DNA from: an uncultured Gemmatimonadota bacterium
GTDB lineage: Bacteria > JAAXHH01
Direction: 5' to 3'
Length of the DNA: 64,000 nucleotides
NCBI GenBank assembly: GCA_951812955.1
Contig: OX638340.1
Coordinates: 2,176,001 to 2,240,000 of the forward strand
In this document: positions 1 through 10,379 of the stretch, piece after piece
Layout: every line of letters begins with the position of its first letter
How positions within the stretch are numbered: position 1 is the stretch's first letter
Notes under the pieces: model-generated
Databases searched by the model: none
What the model saw: the letters and a program-made list of their open reading frames with translations, nothing else
What the model was told of the DNA's origin: nothing
Made by a program: the position numbers and the translations under genes

Positions 1-345
1 GCAGGTGCGACCGAAGCCGGGTACAATACCATCCGTAATCGCAACTCCTATCGTATTCCCCTTGAAAATAGAACTAAAGAGGCCGGAATCGCAAGAGAAA
101 ACGCCAGTATTACTTCCTTTGACGACTTCATGCCGTTTCGTTGTATATCTATACTGTACAGCCGATATGAAAGGTCTTGACGACGTCCGAACCTGCTTCC
201 ATATTCATAGGGTGGTTCCCGACCTGTTGACCACTGTATACCGGACTTGCCGGTTCCAAACTTCGTAAAAACTCACCTGCCGGATCCTGTCGGAAAGACT
301 TCGTCAGTGCTGGATGGCATTTAATTACGTAGAAGAGGAGGTCCT

Positions 346-1008
346 ATGGCTGATCGACACGATGAAGCCAGGCCCGATGAATCGTCCCAATCCAAAAATA
401 AAACGGGGACCCGGTTCACGCGGCGCGGTTTTCTCAAGGGCGCGGGCGCCGGTGCGGTAACGGCGGCCGTGGCGCCGGCCATTCTGGTTTCAGAGGCCGG
501 GAAGGCAGCGGCCCAGGAAACCGAAGGGGTTATGTCTGCGACCGTTACGCTCGACGTGAACGGCCAGTCTCACAACGTCGAAGTGGAAGCGCGCACGACC
601 CTGGCGGACGCGCTGCGGGACAGGCTGGAGATCACCGGCCCCAAGGTGGTCTGCGACCGGGGAGAGTGCGGGGCCTGTACGGTAGCGATGGACGGCAAGC
701 TCGTCTTCAGCTGCATGACGCTGGCCATGGACGCACAGGGACGGAAGATCGAAACGGTCGAAGGCCTGGCAGACGGCGACAATCTGCATCCCCTGCAGGA
801 AGCGTTTATCGAGAAGGACGCACTGATGTGCGGATTCTGCACGCCGGGGTTCCTGATGTCTTCCAAAGCGCTGCTGGACGCCAATGGCGACCCGACGCCG
901 GAAGAAGTCCGGGAGGGATTGTCCGGGAACATCTGTCGCTGCGGTACTTATCCTCACGTGTTCGAAGCCGTGACGAGCGCCGCCGAAAAGATGCGGAAGG
1001 GAGGGTGA
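346..1008 (+). CDS. Aldehyde oxidoreductase / xanthine-dehydrogenase-family [2Fe-2S] small subunit with Tat signal (PaoA/YagT-like)
   Basis: Twin-arginine motif RRGFLKGAGAGAVTAA near the N-terminus. Two 2Fe-2S cysteine clusters (CDRGECGACTV; CGFCTPG...CRCGTY). RBS GAGGAGG 6 nt upstream. Confidence 0.85.
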   Translation: MADRHDEARPDESSQSKNKTGTRFTRRGFLKGAGAGAVTAAVAPAILVSEAGKAAAQETEGVMSATVTLDVNGQSHNVEVEARTTLADALRDRLEITGPKVVCDRGECGACTVAMDGKLVFSCMTLAMDAQGRKIETVEGLADGDNLHPLQEAFIEKDALMCGFCTPGFLMSSKALLDANGDPTPEEVREGLSGNICRCGTYPHVFEAVTSAAEKMRKGG

Positions 1009-1012
1009 GTCT

Positions 1013-3232
1013 ATGCAGCAGAAGATGAAGAAGGTCAAGATCACCATCCAGGAAGACGGTGAACCTAAAGAAATTGAAATTGAAGTTCCGGATACCGGCG
1101 AAGGCGGCTGGGGCGACGTATCGAAGAACAGGTACGTCAGCAAGTCCCACACCCGTGTGGACGCGGTCGACAAGGTTACCGGACGCGCCAAGTACACCGC
1201 CGACATCAAGTTGCCCGGCCTGCTCTACGGGCGCATCCTCCGGTCGGCACATCCCCGCGCCCGGATCAACCGCATCGACGCCACCCGGGCGATGGCGCTG
1301 GACGGCGTGAAAGCGGTGGTGCTGCCCGGAGACGATCCCGCCGTATTCTCGCGGGAGTGCCGGTTCGCAGGACAGGAAATAGCGGCCGTTGCGGCGACGA
1401 CGCCGGAGGTCGCGGAAGACGCGCTCCACGCCATCGACGTGGATTACGAGGTGCTGCCCTTCGTCGTGGACGAAGACGCGGCGCGGGACCCGGCAGCGGC
1501 CCAGGTGCACGGCGACCGGGCAAACGAGGGCGAGTCCCGGGTCGGTGAACAGGGTGACATTGCCGCGGGCTTCGCACAGGCCGACGTGACGCTCGAGGCA
1601 TCCTACCGGTGCCAGGTGCAGTCCCACATCGCGCTGGAGACCCACGGCACCGTGTGTCAGTGGGAAGGCGACAAGCTGACGGTCTGGGCCTCCACGCAGG
1701 GTGTATTCAGCGTGCGAGGGGAACTGGCCGGCCATTTCGGAATCCCGGAAACGAACGTGCGCGTGATCACCGAATTCATGGGCGGCGGGTTCGGCGCCAA
1801 GTTCGGCGCCCGTAAAGAGGGCGTGATCTGCGCGCTGATCGCCAAAAAGGCCGGGGCGCCCGTGAAGCTGATGCTGACGCGCAAGGAAGAGCACCTGGCC
1901 ACTGGAAACCGGCCCTCCGCCGTGCAGCACGTCAAGCTGGGAGCGACGAAGGACGGCAAGCTGGTCGCCTACGAGCGTTCCAACTATGGTACGCCCGGAG
2001 TCGCCGGCAGCGCCAATATACCGGGTGCGCCGTATCTTTACGAGATCCCCAACTACCGCATCGAACAGACGAGCGTGTTTACCAACGCCGGGCCGATGGC
2101 CGCCCAGCGCGCGCCCGGACACCCCCAGGCGGCCTTCGCCATGGAGTCCATGATGGACGAAATGGCCGAGGCGCTGGGATTGGACCCCGTTGACATCCGG
2201 CAGATGAACGATCCGGATGAAGCGCGGCGAAACATGGTGGCCATGGGGGCGGAGCACATCGGATGGAAGACCCGCCGAAGCGCACAACCCAACACTGGAA
2301 ACGGCCGGATCAAGACCGGCATGGGTGTGGGATCGTGCCGGTGGGGCGGTGGCGGCGGAAGGACCCAGGCCGAGTGTACCATCAATCCGGATGGAAGCGT
2401 CGAGGTGAAGTGCGGCACGCAGGATATCGGTACCGGTACGCTCACCCTGGTGCACATGATCGCGGCGGAAGAGTTCGGGCTGAAGACGGACGAAATCACC
2501 GTCGGTATCGGCGACACGAACTACCCCTTCTCGGGCGGGAGCGGCGGAAGCACCACGGCCGCGTCGGTCTCCCCCGCCATCAAGGGTACGACGATGCTGG
2601 CGAAACTCGAGCTGTTCAATAAGATCGCGCCCAGGTTCGGCGTGGAACCAGGCGAACTCGTGGCCTCGGACGGCAACGTGTTCGTGAGCAGCGATCCATC
2701 CAAAAGCATGACGTGGCAGCAGGCGACGGCCCAGCTCGGGGACGAGCCCATCTTCTTCCACGGCCAGTGGCTGCCCGGATACTCGGACAGCGGCGTGCCC
2801 GGCGTGCACTTCGTGGAAGTCAGTGTCGACACCGAGACCGGCCTGGTGAAGGTCGACCGGGTCGTGGCCGTCCACAACAGCGGACTGATCCTCAATCCCC
2901 TGACCTGGGCGAGCCAGGTAAACGGCGGCGTCCTGATGGGAATCGGATACGGGATGTATGAAAACCGCATCATGGATCCCGCGACGGGCTACATGGTCAA
3001 CGCCAACCTGGAAGACTATAGGCTCATGGGCTCCACGGACATTCCCGAAATCGATATTCTCAGGTACGACGAACCGGAACGAGGCGTCATCGGCATCGGC
3101 GAGCCCGCGACGATCCCGACCCCCGGCGCCATCGCCAACGCTATCTACAACGCCTGCGGCGCCCGGATACGGGAGATGCCGTTCACACCCGACAAAGTGC
3201 TCAGCGCGCTGGCCGCAGTGCAGGAGGGCTGA
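1013..3232 (+). CDS. Molybdopterin-binding large subunit of the xanthine dehydrogenase/aldehyde oxidase family (PaoC/CoxL-like)
   Basis: 739 aa with typical family motifs (GGGFGAK, QGxGTxLxQ-like, C-terminal GEP...IANAIxNA). Starts 5 nt after the FeS subunit. Confidence 0.85.
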   Translation: MQQKMKKVKITIQEDGEPKEIEIEVPDTGEGGWGDVSKNRYVSKSHTRVDAVDKVTGRAKYTADIKLPGLLYGRILRSAHPRARINRIDATRAMALDGVKAVVLPGDDPAVFSRECRFAGQEIAAVAATTPEVAEDALHAIDVDYEVLPFVVDEDAARDPAAAQVHGDRANEGESRVGEQGDIAAGFAQADVTLEASYRCQVQSHIALETHGTVCQWEGDKLTVWASTQGVFSVRGELAGHFGIPETNVRVITEFMGGGFGAKFGARKEGVICALIAKKAGAPVKLMLTRKEEHLATGNRPSAVQHVKLGATKDGKLVAYERSNYGTPGVAGSANIPGAPYLYEIPNYRIEQTSVFTNAGPMAAQRAPGHPQAAFAMESMMDEMAEALGLDPVDIRQMNDPDEARRNMVAMGAEHIGWKTRRSAQPNTGNGRIKTGMGVGSCRWGGGGGRTQAECTINPDGSVEVKCGTQDIGTGTLTLVHMIAAEEFGLKTDEITVGIGDTNYPFSGGSGGSTTAASVSPAIKGTTMLAKLELFNKIAPRFGVEPGELVASDGNVFVSSDPSKSMTWQQATAQLGDEPIFFHGQWLPGYSDSGVPGVHFVEVSVDTETGLVKVDRVVAVHNSGLILNPLTWASQVNGGVLMGIGYGMYENRIMDPATGYMVNANLEDYRLMGSTDIPEIDILRYDEPERGVIGIGEPATIPTPGAIANAIYNACGARIREMPFTPDKVLSALAAVQEG

Positions 3233-3235
3233 TCC

Positions 3236-4213
3236 ATGCAGAACTTTACCTACGTCAATGCGACGTCGATCGAGCAGGTGCCTTCCCTTCTGGGCCGTAG
3301 TTGGGACGATGCGGTGGTCATGGCGGGCGGAACGGATCTGCTCGGAGAGATGAAGGACTTCGCGGCCGTTCCCAGACGCGTGGTCAATCTCAAGTCCATC
3401 GAAGGACTGGACTACATCCGGCAGGACGATGCCGCGTTGAGTATCGGCGCACTGACCACGCTGACGGACGTATTAAACCATGATGCCGTTTCGAAGGACT
3501 ATACGGTACTCAACCAGGCGGTTTCCGTCATCGCCTCGCCCCAGATCCGCAACATGGCCACGCTCGCCGGGAACATCCTGCAACGTCCCCGATGCTGGTA
3601 CTACCGCAGCGAGGATTTCCCGTGCCTGAAGAAGGGCGGGGCCCGGTGCTACGCGGTGGGCGGGGTCAATACCTACCACGCGATCTTCGGTTCCGGACCG
3701 AGCTACATCGTCCATCCCTCCGACGCGGCACCGGCGCTGATGGCGCTCGGCGCCACGGTGAAGATCCATGGTCCCCGCGGCGGGAACGAAGTCGTCCTGG
3801 ACGATTTCTTCACGCTGCCTGAAATGAACATCCGAAGGGAAAACATCCTCCGTCCAAACGAAATCGTGACCGAATTGACGATACCGAAGCCGGAGGCGAA
3901 CAGCAAGGGGATGTATCTCAAGGTGCGCGAGCGGGATTCAATCGATTTCGCCCTCGTGAGCCTGGCCGCCCAGATGACCGTGGTAAACGGAACCTGCGAG
4001 CGGGCAAGCCTCGTATTCGGCGGCGTGGCGCCCGTGCCATGGCGCGCCATCGAGGCCGAGCGGTACCTCCAGGGACGCAGGATCACGGAATCTCGGGCGG
4101 AAAGCGCCGCCGAGGCGGCGGTGGAAGACGCCAAGCCCATGCCGCACAACGGATACAAGGTGGAGATCGCGAAGAACCTGGTCAGGCAGGCCGTAATGGC
4201 CCTGGCAGCGTAA
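3236..4213 (+). CDS. FAD-binding subunit of molybdopterin dehydrogenase (PaoB/CoxM-like)
   Basis: 325 aa. FAD_binding_5-like N-terminus (VVMAGGTDLL, ATLAGNI) and a CO-dehydrogenase flavoprotein C-terminal-like region. Follows the Mo subunit by 3 nt. Confidence 0.8.
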   Translation: MQNFTYVNATSIEQVPSLLGRSWDDAVVMAGGTDLLGEMKDFAAVPRRVVNLKSIEGLDYIRQDDAALSIGALTTLTDVLNHDAVSKDYTVLNQAVSVIASPQIRNMATLAGNILQRPRCWYYRSEDFPCLKKGGARCYAVGGVNTYHAIFGSGPSYIVHPSDAAPALMALGATVKIHGPRGGNEVVLDDFFTLPEMNIRRENILRPNEIVTELTIPKPEANSKGMYLKVRERDSIDFALVSLAAQMTVVNGTCERASLVFGGVAPVPWRAIEAERYLQGRRITESRAESAAEAAVEDAKPMPHNGYKVEIAKNLVRQAVMALAA

Positions 4214-4244
4214 GCAACCCGGCACAGCAAGCAAGGAGTCTATC

Positions 4245-4454
4245 ATGGCACAACCCGTATGCCGGTACCTGAGAACGAAATCGTTCTACACCGCGGAAAA
4301 GAACGAGAATACCCTTACCGAGGAAAAGCCGGGCCGCTCGTTCTGGTGCGTCCGGTCCGTGTCGGGCATCGGTCCAGATGACAAGGTCGTGGGTCCCGCG
4401 GAATGCGACGCGCATCGCGCCTGTTACGAAACCGTCGACGTGAGCTTCGTTTAA
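4245..4454 (+). CDS. Small hypothetical protein (69 aa, four Cys)
   Basis: AAGGAG RBS 6 nt upstream of the ATG. Lies between the aldehyde oxidoreductase operon and the fumarase gene. No recognisable family. Confidence 0.35.
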   Translation: MAQPVCRYLRTKSFYTAEKNENTLTEEKPGRSFWCVRSVSGIGPDDKVVGPAECDAHRACYETVDVSFV

Positions 4455-4475
4455 CAGGTTGGGAGACCCCGCGCA

Positions 4476-6098
4476 TTGAATGACTTTGTCTACCACGAGC
4501 TGCTGCCCGTGGGCGAGGACGATACCCCGTACCGTCACCTGACCGGCGATTACGTTTCGACCGGTACTTTCGAGGGCAGGGAGATTCTCAAAGTCGATAC
4601 GGCCGGACTGTCCCTGCTCGCGGACCAGGCCATCCGGGACAGCGCCCACCTGCTCCGGCCCGAACACCTCGCCCAGTTGCGCAAGATCCTCGACGACCCG
4701 GAAGCATCCGACAACGATCGCTTCGTCGCCATGGAGATGCTAAAGAACGCCAACATCTCCGCCGGCGGTATCCTGCCCATGTGCCAGGACACCGGCACGA
4801 TTATCGTCATGGGCAAGAAGGGCAACCGAGTCTGGACCGAGGGCGACGACGAGGCCGCCATCGCGCAGGGCACCATGAGCGCCTTCCTGAACACCAACCT
4901 GCGGTACAGCCAGCAGGCCCCCCTGGACATGTTCACCGAGTCGAACACGCGGACCAATCTGCCCGCGCAGATCGAACTCTACGCGGACCGGGGCGATGAG
5001 TACAAGCTCATGTTCATGACCAAGGGCGGAGGTTCGGCGAACAAGAGCCTCCTCTTCCAGGAGACCAGGGCGCTGCTGAACGAGGAACGGTTTCTCGAAT
5101 TCGTCGACGAGAAACTGCGTATACTCGGTACGGCGGCCTGCCCTCCGTACCACCTGGCCATCGTGGTTGGCGGCACCTCCGCGGAATACACGCTGAAGGT
5201 GGCCAAGCTGGCGAGCGCGCGCTTCCTGGACACGTTGCCGACCGAGGGCAATGAGCACGGCCAGGCCTTCCGCGACCTCGAGATGGAGGAGAAAGTGCTC
5301 CGGATGAGCCAGGAAATCGGCATCGGCGCCCAGTTCGGCGGCAAGTACTTCTGCCACGACGTACGTGTGGTCCGCATGCCGCGCCATGGCGCCTCGTGTC
5401 CGGTGGGCATTGCCGTTTCCTGCGCCGCGGACCGCCAGGTCCTGTCAAAGATCACGCGCGAGGGCATTTTCCTGGAACAGCTTGAGACCGAGCCGTCGAA
5501 ATACCTGCCGGAGATCGCCGACGAATCCCTCGGCGGCGAAGTGGTGGAAATCGATCTGAACCGGCCCATGTCCGATATCCGTGCCACGCTCAGCGGTTAT
5601 CCCGTCGCCACGCGCCTTTCCCTGACGGGTCCCATGATCGTCGCCCGGGACATCGCCCACGCAAAGCTCAAGGAGCGGCTCGACCGAGGCGAGGAGCTGC
5701 CGCAATACTTCAAGGACCTGTGCGTCTACTATGCCGGACCGGCCAAGACGCCGGAAGGGTACGCCTCAGGATCCTTCGGTCCCACGACGGCGGGACGCAT
5801 GGACACCTACGTGGACCAGTTCCAGGCGGCCGGCGGCAGCATGGTCATGCTCGCCAAAGGCAACCGATCCGTCCAGGTCACCAACGCCTGCAAGAAGCAC
5901 GGCGGATTTTATCTAGGGTCCATCGGAGGTCCGGCCGCACGGTTGGCGAAGGACTCCATCCGGGAAGTATCGGTGGTGGAGTACCCGGAACTGGGCATGG
6001 AGGCCATCTGGCGCATCCAGGTGGAGCGCTTCCCCGCCTTCATCGTCGTGGACGACAAGGGAAACGACTTCTTCTCGGGATTCATGCGCGGAAACTGA
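4476..6098 (+). CDS. fumA: Class I (Fe-S) fumarate hydratase, single-chain FumA/FumB type
   Basis: 540 aa. The N-terminus [22 protein letters not shown] aligns with the start of class I fumarases; both alpha and beta regions are present. The only in-frame start after the upstream stop is TTG at 4476, with GGGAGA upstream. Confidence 0.8.
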   Translation: MNDFVYHELLPVGEDDTPYRHLTGDYVSTGTFEGREILKVDTAGLSLLADQAIRDSAHLLRPEHLAQLRKILDDPEASDNDRFVAMEMLKNANISAGGILPMCQDTGTIIVMGKKGNRVWTEGDDEAAIAQGTMSAFLNTNLRYSQQAPLDMFTESNTRTNLPAQIELYADRGDEYKLMFMTKGGGSANKSLLFQETRALLNEERFLEFVDEKLRILGTAACPPYHLAIVVGGTSAEYTLKVAKLASARFLDTLPTEGNEHGQAFRDLEMEEKVLRMSQEIGIGAQFGGKYFCHDVRVVRMPRHGASCPVGIAVSCAADRQVLSKITREGIFLEQLETEPSKYLPEIADESLGGEVVEIDLNRPMSDIRATLSGYPVATRLSLTGPMIVARDIAHAKLKERLDRGEELPQYFKDLCVYYAGPAKTPEGYASGSFGPTTAGRMDTYVDQFQAAGGSMVMLAKGNRSVQVTNACKKHGGFYLGSIGGPAARLAKDSIREVSVVEYPELGMEAIWRIQVERFPAFIVVDDKGNDFFSGFMRGN

Positions 6099-6100
6099 GT

Positions 6101-6901
6101 TCAGGAACCCGCTAGCACCAGTTCCAGGTGGGTTTCAGGCATCAGGCCGTCCACCAGGGCAACGGGTTGCCATGTCCACGTGGCCTGCCAGCGGTGACCG
6201 CGCTGATCGATCACCTGTCTCCTAAGCAGACTAATTCGCCAAACATCTCCCGCGGCGGGCGGCGTAGACTGCCCGTCTACCAGCCATTTGAAACCTTCCC
6301 AGGGCAGGGCCAGTTCCACAGTCCAGCCCCGGTCGACCCGGTCTCGCCTTCCCGGTTCGCCGTTCACTTTCACACCGGCCTGCAAGCCGGGAAACTTCCA
6401 GTCCGAGAAAGCCCACCGCATGGCGCGGATGTCGGTCCTCGTATGGCCGCCCAGCACCTCGGGCCGGTGCACCGCCAGGTCGAATTCCGGCACGTCGAAG
6501 CGGCCATCGTCCCGGTAGGCTTCCTTCCAGATGTAGAACATCTCCGAAGTCGCACCCAGCGGATTGACCGCAAGGTCGTAATACGCGCCGGGGCCGGTAA
6601 TCAACACGCCCACGTGACTGTTCTGGCGGACCTCGTTCCCGGCATCCTCATGCACGGCCTGTATATCGCGGTCCTCCAGCCAGAACCCGATGTAGAGGCC
6701 GTGGTCGTCCCAGGCCATGGACGCCGTTGTATCGAACAGGGCCCGCGCGCCGGAATGATCGCTGAACAGCGGGGAACGCTCTGCCTGTACCCACGTTTCC
6801 TCGCCGAGGTTGCCGTCTACGACGAGGTGCTCCCGGGTTCTGGCGCATGCATATCGCATGGGCTTCGTTGCCGCGGTCGGGCGCATCTTACTGCCCATCA
6901 T
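6101..6901 (-). CDS. CBM9-like / DOMON-like carbohydrate-binding domain protein (paralog 1)
   Basis: Motifs VVDGNLGEETW and WDDHGLYIGFWLEDRDI. Paralogous to the next gene. Confidence 0.5.
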   Translation of the reverse strand: MMGSKMRPTAATKPMRYACARTREHLVVDGNLGEETWVQAERSPLFSDHSGARALFDTTASMAWDDHGLYIGFWLEDRDIQAVHEDAGNEVRQNSHVGVLITGPGAYYDLAVNPLGATSEMFYIWKEAYRDDGRFDVPEFDLAVHRPEVLGGHTRTDIRAMRWAFSDWKFPGLQAGVKVNGEPGRRDRVDRGWTVELALPWEGFKWLVDGQSTPPAAGDVWRISLLRRQVIDQRGHRWQATWTWQPVALVDGLMPETHLELVLAGS

Positions 6902-7760
6902 GCCCTCCTACCACGCTGCCTGCTTCCTCACCCACCACCTTCTTGGTGAAATGAATCACGCTGAATCGATCGGGGATGTGGGAGTCGTATATCCCGTGGC
7001 TGTTCCAGGCCCACCCCGGACATGTTTTGAAGCCGCCTTCGTCGATCCACTGGAACCGCGAGAAATCCATGCGCCAGGTATCTCCTTCCTGGGCCGGCAG
7101 CGAGCGGCCGTCCGCCAGGTGCTTCAATCCCTGCCAGGGGAAGGCGATCTCGGCCGTCCACCCGCGGTCCCTGTCGCTCGGATCGTTGATGGTGCCGTCC
7201 ACGTGCACCGCCCACTTCATTCCCGGCATGTCCCATTCGCGAAAGACCCAGCGGCGCCCGCGGGGATGGGCGTGACCCGTCTTCGTGCCGCCGAGGGTAT
7301 CCACCAGGTCGGTGCCCTGCAGGTCGAATTCGGGAATCGTGCCGTATCCGCCTTTCGCGTAGGCGTCCTGCCACACGTAGAATCTTTCCATGATCGTCCC
7401 AAGGGGGTTCAGTTCGAATTCGTAGTAAGTGTCTTCCCCGGCGATGAATACCTCCACGTCGTTCTCCTCGCAGATCATGGAATCGCGCTCCGTGTACGTC
7501 GCCCGCACGTCGGGATCCTCCACCCAGAAGCCCACGTACAGGTAGTCGTCGTCCCAGAGCACCGCAGCCCGCGTATCGAACAGCGCCGGGCGGCCCGGCT
7601 CTTCCAGGTCCTCGAACCGCGGCGATCGGGCCGCCTCCTGCCAGGACGCCTCGTCGAGACGGCCATCCACCACGATAGGACCGTTGGTCCGGCAGGCGGT
7701 GTAGTGCTTCAATCCTTCTTCCGAATAGCCCCAGTTGCTGGTCATGCGCTTGTTCTCCAT
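6888..7760 (-). CDS. CBM9-like / DOMON-like carbohydrate-binding domain protein (paralog 2)
   Basis: Motifs VVDGRLDEASW and LWDDDYLYVGFWVEDPDV, collinear with the 6101-6901 product. Tandem duplication. Confidence 0.5.
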   Translation of the reverse strand: MENKRMTSNWGYSEEGLKHYTACRTNGPIVVDGRLDEASWQEAARSPRFEDLEEPGRPALFDTRAAVLWDDDYLYVGFWVEDPDVRATYTERDSMICEENDVEVFIAGEDTYYEFELNPLGTIMERFYVWQDAYAKGGYGTIPEFDLQGTDLVDTLGGTKTGHAHPRGRRWVFREWDMPGMKWAVHVDGTINDPSDRDRGWTAEIAFPWQGLKHLADGRSLPAQEGDTWRMDFSRFQWIDEGGFKTCPGWAWNSHGIYDSHIPDRFSVIHFTKKVVGEEAGSVVGGHDGQ

Positions 7761-7884
7761 ACTGGTCTTGAGTCTATGGCGTTCTGTTGATTCTTTTTTC
7801 GGTCCGCGTCCTGGAGATCAGGACCGGGGTCAGTCCTTAACGGAAATTCGGAAACAGACCCATGGCCAGGAATGTAACGGCCGC

Positions 7885-8928
7885 CTACTCCCTCCAAGGA
7901 ACTTCCAGCCCGAATTTCGCCGCGACCTCGATGAGCTTATCCCGGGTGCCGACAGGCAGGGGGATGCCGTGCTCGATGCGCTCCAGGCGAACGCGTTCCT
8001 CCGGCTCGCCGGGTACGAAGAGTTCGTCGACTCCTTCGACGCGCGGCAGGCCTTTCATGGCAGAGACCAGGTCATCGATCTGCGTGTGGTACACATCCGG
8101 ATCGGTGAACGCCGCGATATCGATGGCGCCGATGAAACTATTCTGCACCCCGGGACGGGCACCCGGTCCCGAGATGGCGGCCGTCAACAGCGGATTCCCG
8201 ACCATCAGACTCGACAGGCACTCGAAGATGAGGGCCAGGCCGTAGCCCTTGTAGCCGGCGGCCGGTTGCAGGAACCGGGCCTGGTGGGGATCCGTCGTCG
8301 GATGGCCGTCTCCGTCGAGCGCCCACGTGTCGGGAATGGACTCGCCCCGGTCCATCGCCACGTCCAGTTTGCCGAAAGCGGCCACGCTCGTGGCCATGTC
8401 CAGGGATATGGTGCGGCCATCGCTTCCCGGTACCGCGATGGCGATCGGACTGTTGTGCACGCCCGGTGCCCGCGCGCCAGGCGGCGCCATGTTCGGGGGA
8501 TTGCATACGGAAGCAATCCCGGCCATGTTTTCCCGGGCGGCCATCTGCGCGTAGTACGCCATGGCGCCCTGGTGAGTCGTGTTGCGGATAAGCACCCATC
8601 CGATGCCTGCCCCGCGGGCCTTTTCGATGGCCTGCTTCATGGCGAAGGTCGTAACCACCGGCCCGAAGGCACGGTCGGCCTCGATGAGCAACGTGGCGGG
8701 CGTCTCCCTTTCGATCCGGATGTCCGGCCGGGGATTGTAGTGTCCGGCTTCCACTGAATGGACATATCCGTTGACCCGCTGGACGCCGTGGGAGTCCACC
8801 CCTCGCAGGTTGGCCCAGACCAGCACTTCCGCTTCCACGGCCGCGTCCACAGGCGGCAGGCCGGCCTGCTCGAAGACCGCCGCCGTGAACTCCTGCAATT
8901 CCTTCCAATCTACGCGGATGTCCGCCAT
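7885..8928 (-). CDS. Ldh_2 family malate/L-lactate/sulfolactate dehydrogenase-like oxidoreductase
   Basis: Family-typical segments (SHGVQRV, GYKGYGLAL). Likely start MADIRVDWKEL at 8928 rather than the extended ORF start. Confidence 0.7.
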   Translation of the reverse strand: MADIRVDWKELQEFTAAVFEQAGLPPVDAAVEAEVLVWANLRGVDSHGVQRVNGYVHSVEAGHYNPRPDIRIERETPATLLIEADRAFGPVVTTFAMKQAIEKARGAGIGWVLIRNTTHQGAMAYYAQMAARENMAGIASVCNPPNMAPPGARAPGVHNSPIAIAVPGSDGRTISLDMATSVAAFGKLDVAMDRGESIPDTWALDGDGHPTTDPHQARFLQPAAGYKGYGLALIFECLSSLMVGNPLLTAAISGPGARPGVQNSFIGAIDIAAFTDPDVYHTQIDDLVSAMKGLPRVEGVDELFVPGEPEERVRLERIEHGIPLPVGTRDKLIEVAAKFGLEVPWRE

Positions 8929-9231
8929 GCGCCGTCCTTTCCAATCACATTTCACCAAACCGTTCCTTCCAATGCGTTTCATGCCGCCGGACGCCGTCGC
9001 AAGCAACATGAAGCGCCGTCAGACTGCCGTAAGATAGATGGTCGGATCATGCCACGCCAGGGGTTACTTCCCAGACGGGATCCGGCTGGACGGAAACCGG
9101 AACGACGTCGTATGAGGCGCGGGTGACCGGGGCGATCCGCGCACGATCTTCATCGTTGACAAAGCACGGGCCGATCGGTAAAGTTCCCATGCACTCGGAG
9201 CGCAGCGGTATTCGTCTGATACGGCATAACT

Positions 9232-9480
9232 ATGATCCTGATATTGATACTTCGGATATACCTGGCCCTCATCATCATCCGCGCGTTGATGTCATGGTTC
9301 AACCCGGACCCGGAAGCTCCGCTGGTTCGCCTGCTGACCTGGCTCACGGAGCCGGTCCTGGCGCCTTTCCGGCGGATCATTCCACCCATCGCCGTGCCGA
9401 AAACCAACGTACGTATAGACCTGGGCCCCGTCTTCGTACTGCTGATCGGCGGCTGGCTCTTGACCAAGCTGCGTTACTGA
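9232..9480 (+). CDS. yggT: YggT family membrane protein
   Basis: 82 aa. Motif ALMSWFNP...LTEPVLAPFRRIIPP...DLGPV is characteristic of YggT/Ycf19. A 21-bp direct duplication (ttgaccaagctgcgttactga / ccaagctgcgctactga) lies at its 3' end. Confidence 0.75.
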   Translation: MILILILRIYLALIIIRALMSWFNPDPEAPLVRLLTWLTEPVLAPFRRIIPPIAVPKTNVRIDLGPVFVLLIGGWLLTKLRY

Positions 9481-9536
9481 CCAAGCTGCGCTACTGACCG
9501 CGCTCGTCCGTTCGATTTCGCGGAGGTAAACCACGC

Positions 9537-10376
9537 ATGATCGTCGTAGGACTCGAGACTTCTTCCACCAACGCCGGGATCGCCGTGATTCGGGGCGGCC
9601 AGGTGTTGGCCGAGACGTCGCTGGAGATGGACGCCGTTCACGCCGAGAAGATGCCGGGTATCCTGGAACGCACCATGGGCGACCTGGGCCTGCAGTGGAC
9701 GGAAGTGGAAGGATTCGCGATCTCGATCGGACCGGGGTCCTATACCGGGCTCCGGGTCGGATTAAGCCTGGTCAAGGGCCTGGCCTACGTTACGAAGAAC
9801 CCGGTCGCCGCCGTGCCCACGCTCGATGCCATCGCCTTCCAGGTACCCTGCTGCAGGTATCCCGTCCACGTATTGGCGGATGCCCGCAGGGGCCGGGTTT
9901 ACGAAGCCCGGTACGACACGGCTGGCGGATGGCCGAAGCAGATCACCGATTTCAGGGTAGGTCCGCTCGAAGACATGTTGGAAACCATCGAGGACAAAGT
10001 GTTGCTCATCGGAAGCGGGGTCGACGAGCACCGTGCACGCATCGTCTCATCACTCGGTGAACGGGCCTGTTTCCCACCTCCTGGCACCGGACGACTGATG
10101 GCCTCTTCGACCGCTTTTCTCGGCCTGGACCGTCTCAAAAAGGGCGAGCAAGCCGACCTGAACGGGCTCGAACCCCTGTATCTGCGACAGACGGACTTCG
10201 CCACGCAGCCGCCATCCCGGCTCGGTCAGACTTCGCCCGCCGATGCTTCCCCAGGTCAGTCTGGTCCGTCTGATCCGCCCGCCGATGCTTCCCCAGGTCA
10301 GTCTGATCCGCCTCGTCCGTCCGGTCCGCCTGATCCGCCTCACTCGGCCGGCCGCACCGAAACTGCGTCCGACTGA
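9537..10376 (+). CDS. tsaB: tRNA t6A biosynthesis protein TsaB (YeaZ) with a repeat-encoded C-terminal Pro/Asp/Ser-rich tail
   Basis: N-terminal MIVVGLETSS...AISIGPGSYTGLRVG is the Kae1/YeaZ fold. The C-terminal approx. 55 aa (PADASPGQSGPSDP repeated) are encoded by a 45-bp tandem repeat. Confidence 0.8.
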   Translation: MIVVGLETSSTNAGIAVIRGGQVLAETSLEMDAVHAEKMPGILERTMGDLGLQWTEVEGFAISIGPGSYTGLRVGLSLVKGLAYVTKNPVAAVPTLDAIAFQVPCCRYPVHVLADARRGRVYEARYDTAGGWPKQITDFRVGPLEDMLETIEDKVLLIGSGVDEHRARIVSSLGERACFPPPGTGRLMASSTAFLGLDRLKKGEQADLNGLEPLYLRQTDFATQPPSRLGQTSPADASPGQSGPSDPPADASPGQSDPPRPSGPPDPPHSAGRTETASD

Positions 10377-10379
10377 CCC

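Noticed and set aside
5-268. 87-aa ORF at the window start.
   Set aside because: Low-complexity hydrophobic translation in a lower-GC promoter-like region upstream of the aldehyde oxidoreductase operon. No RBS or family resemblance.
806-2875. 689-aa minus-strand ORF inside the Mo-subunit gene, and many similar long ORFs across the window (e.g. 33022-35040 +, 51236-52390 +, 62713-63951 -, 7735-8757 +, 18613-19377 +).
   Set aside because: Arg/Gly/Pro-rich translations typical of out-of-frame or antisense reading through GC-rich genes. Each overlaps a gene with clear family signatures on the other strand or frame.
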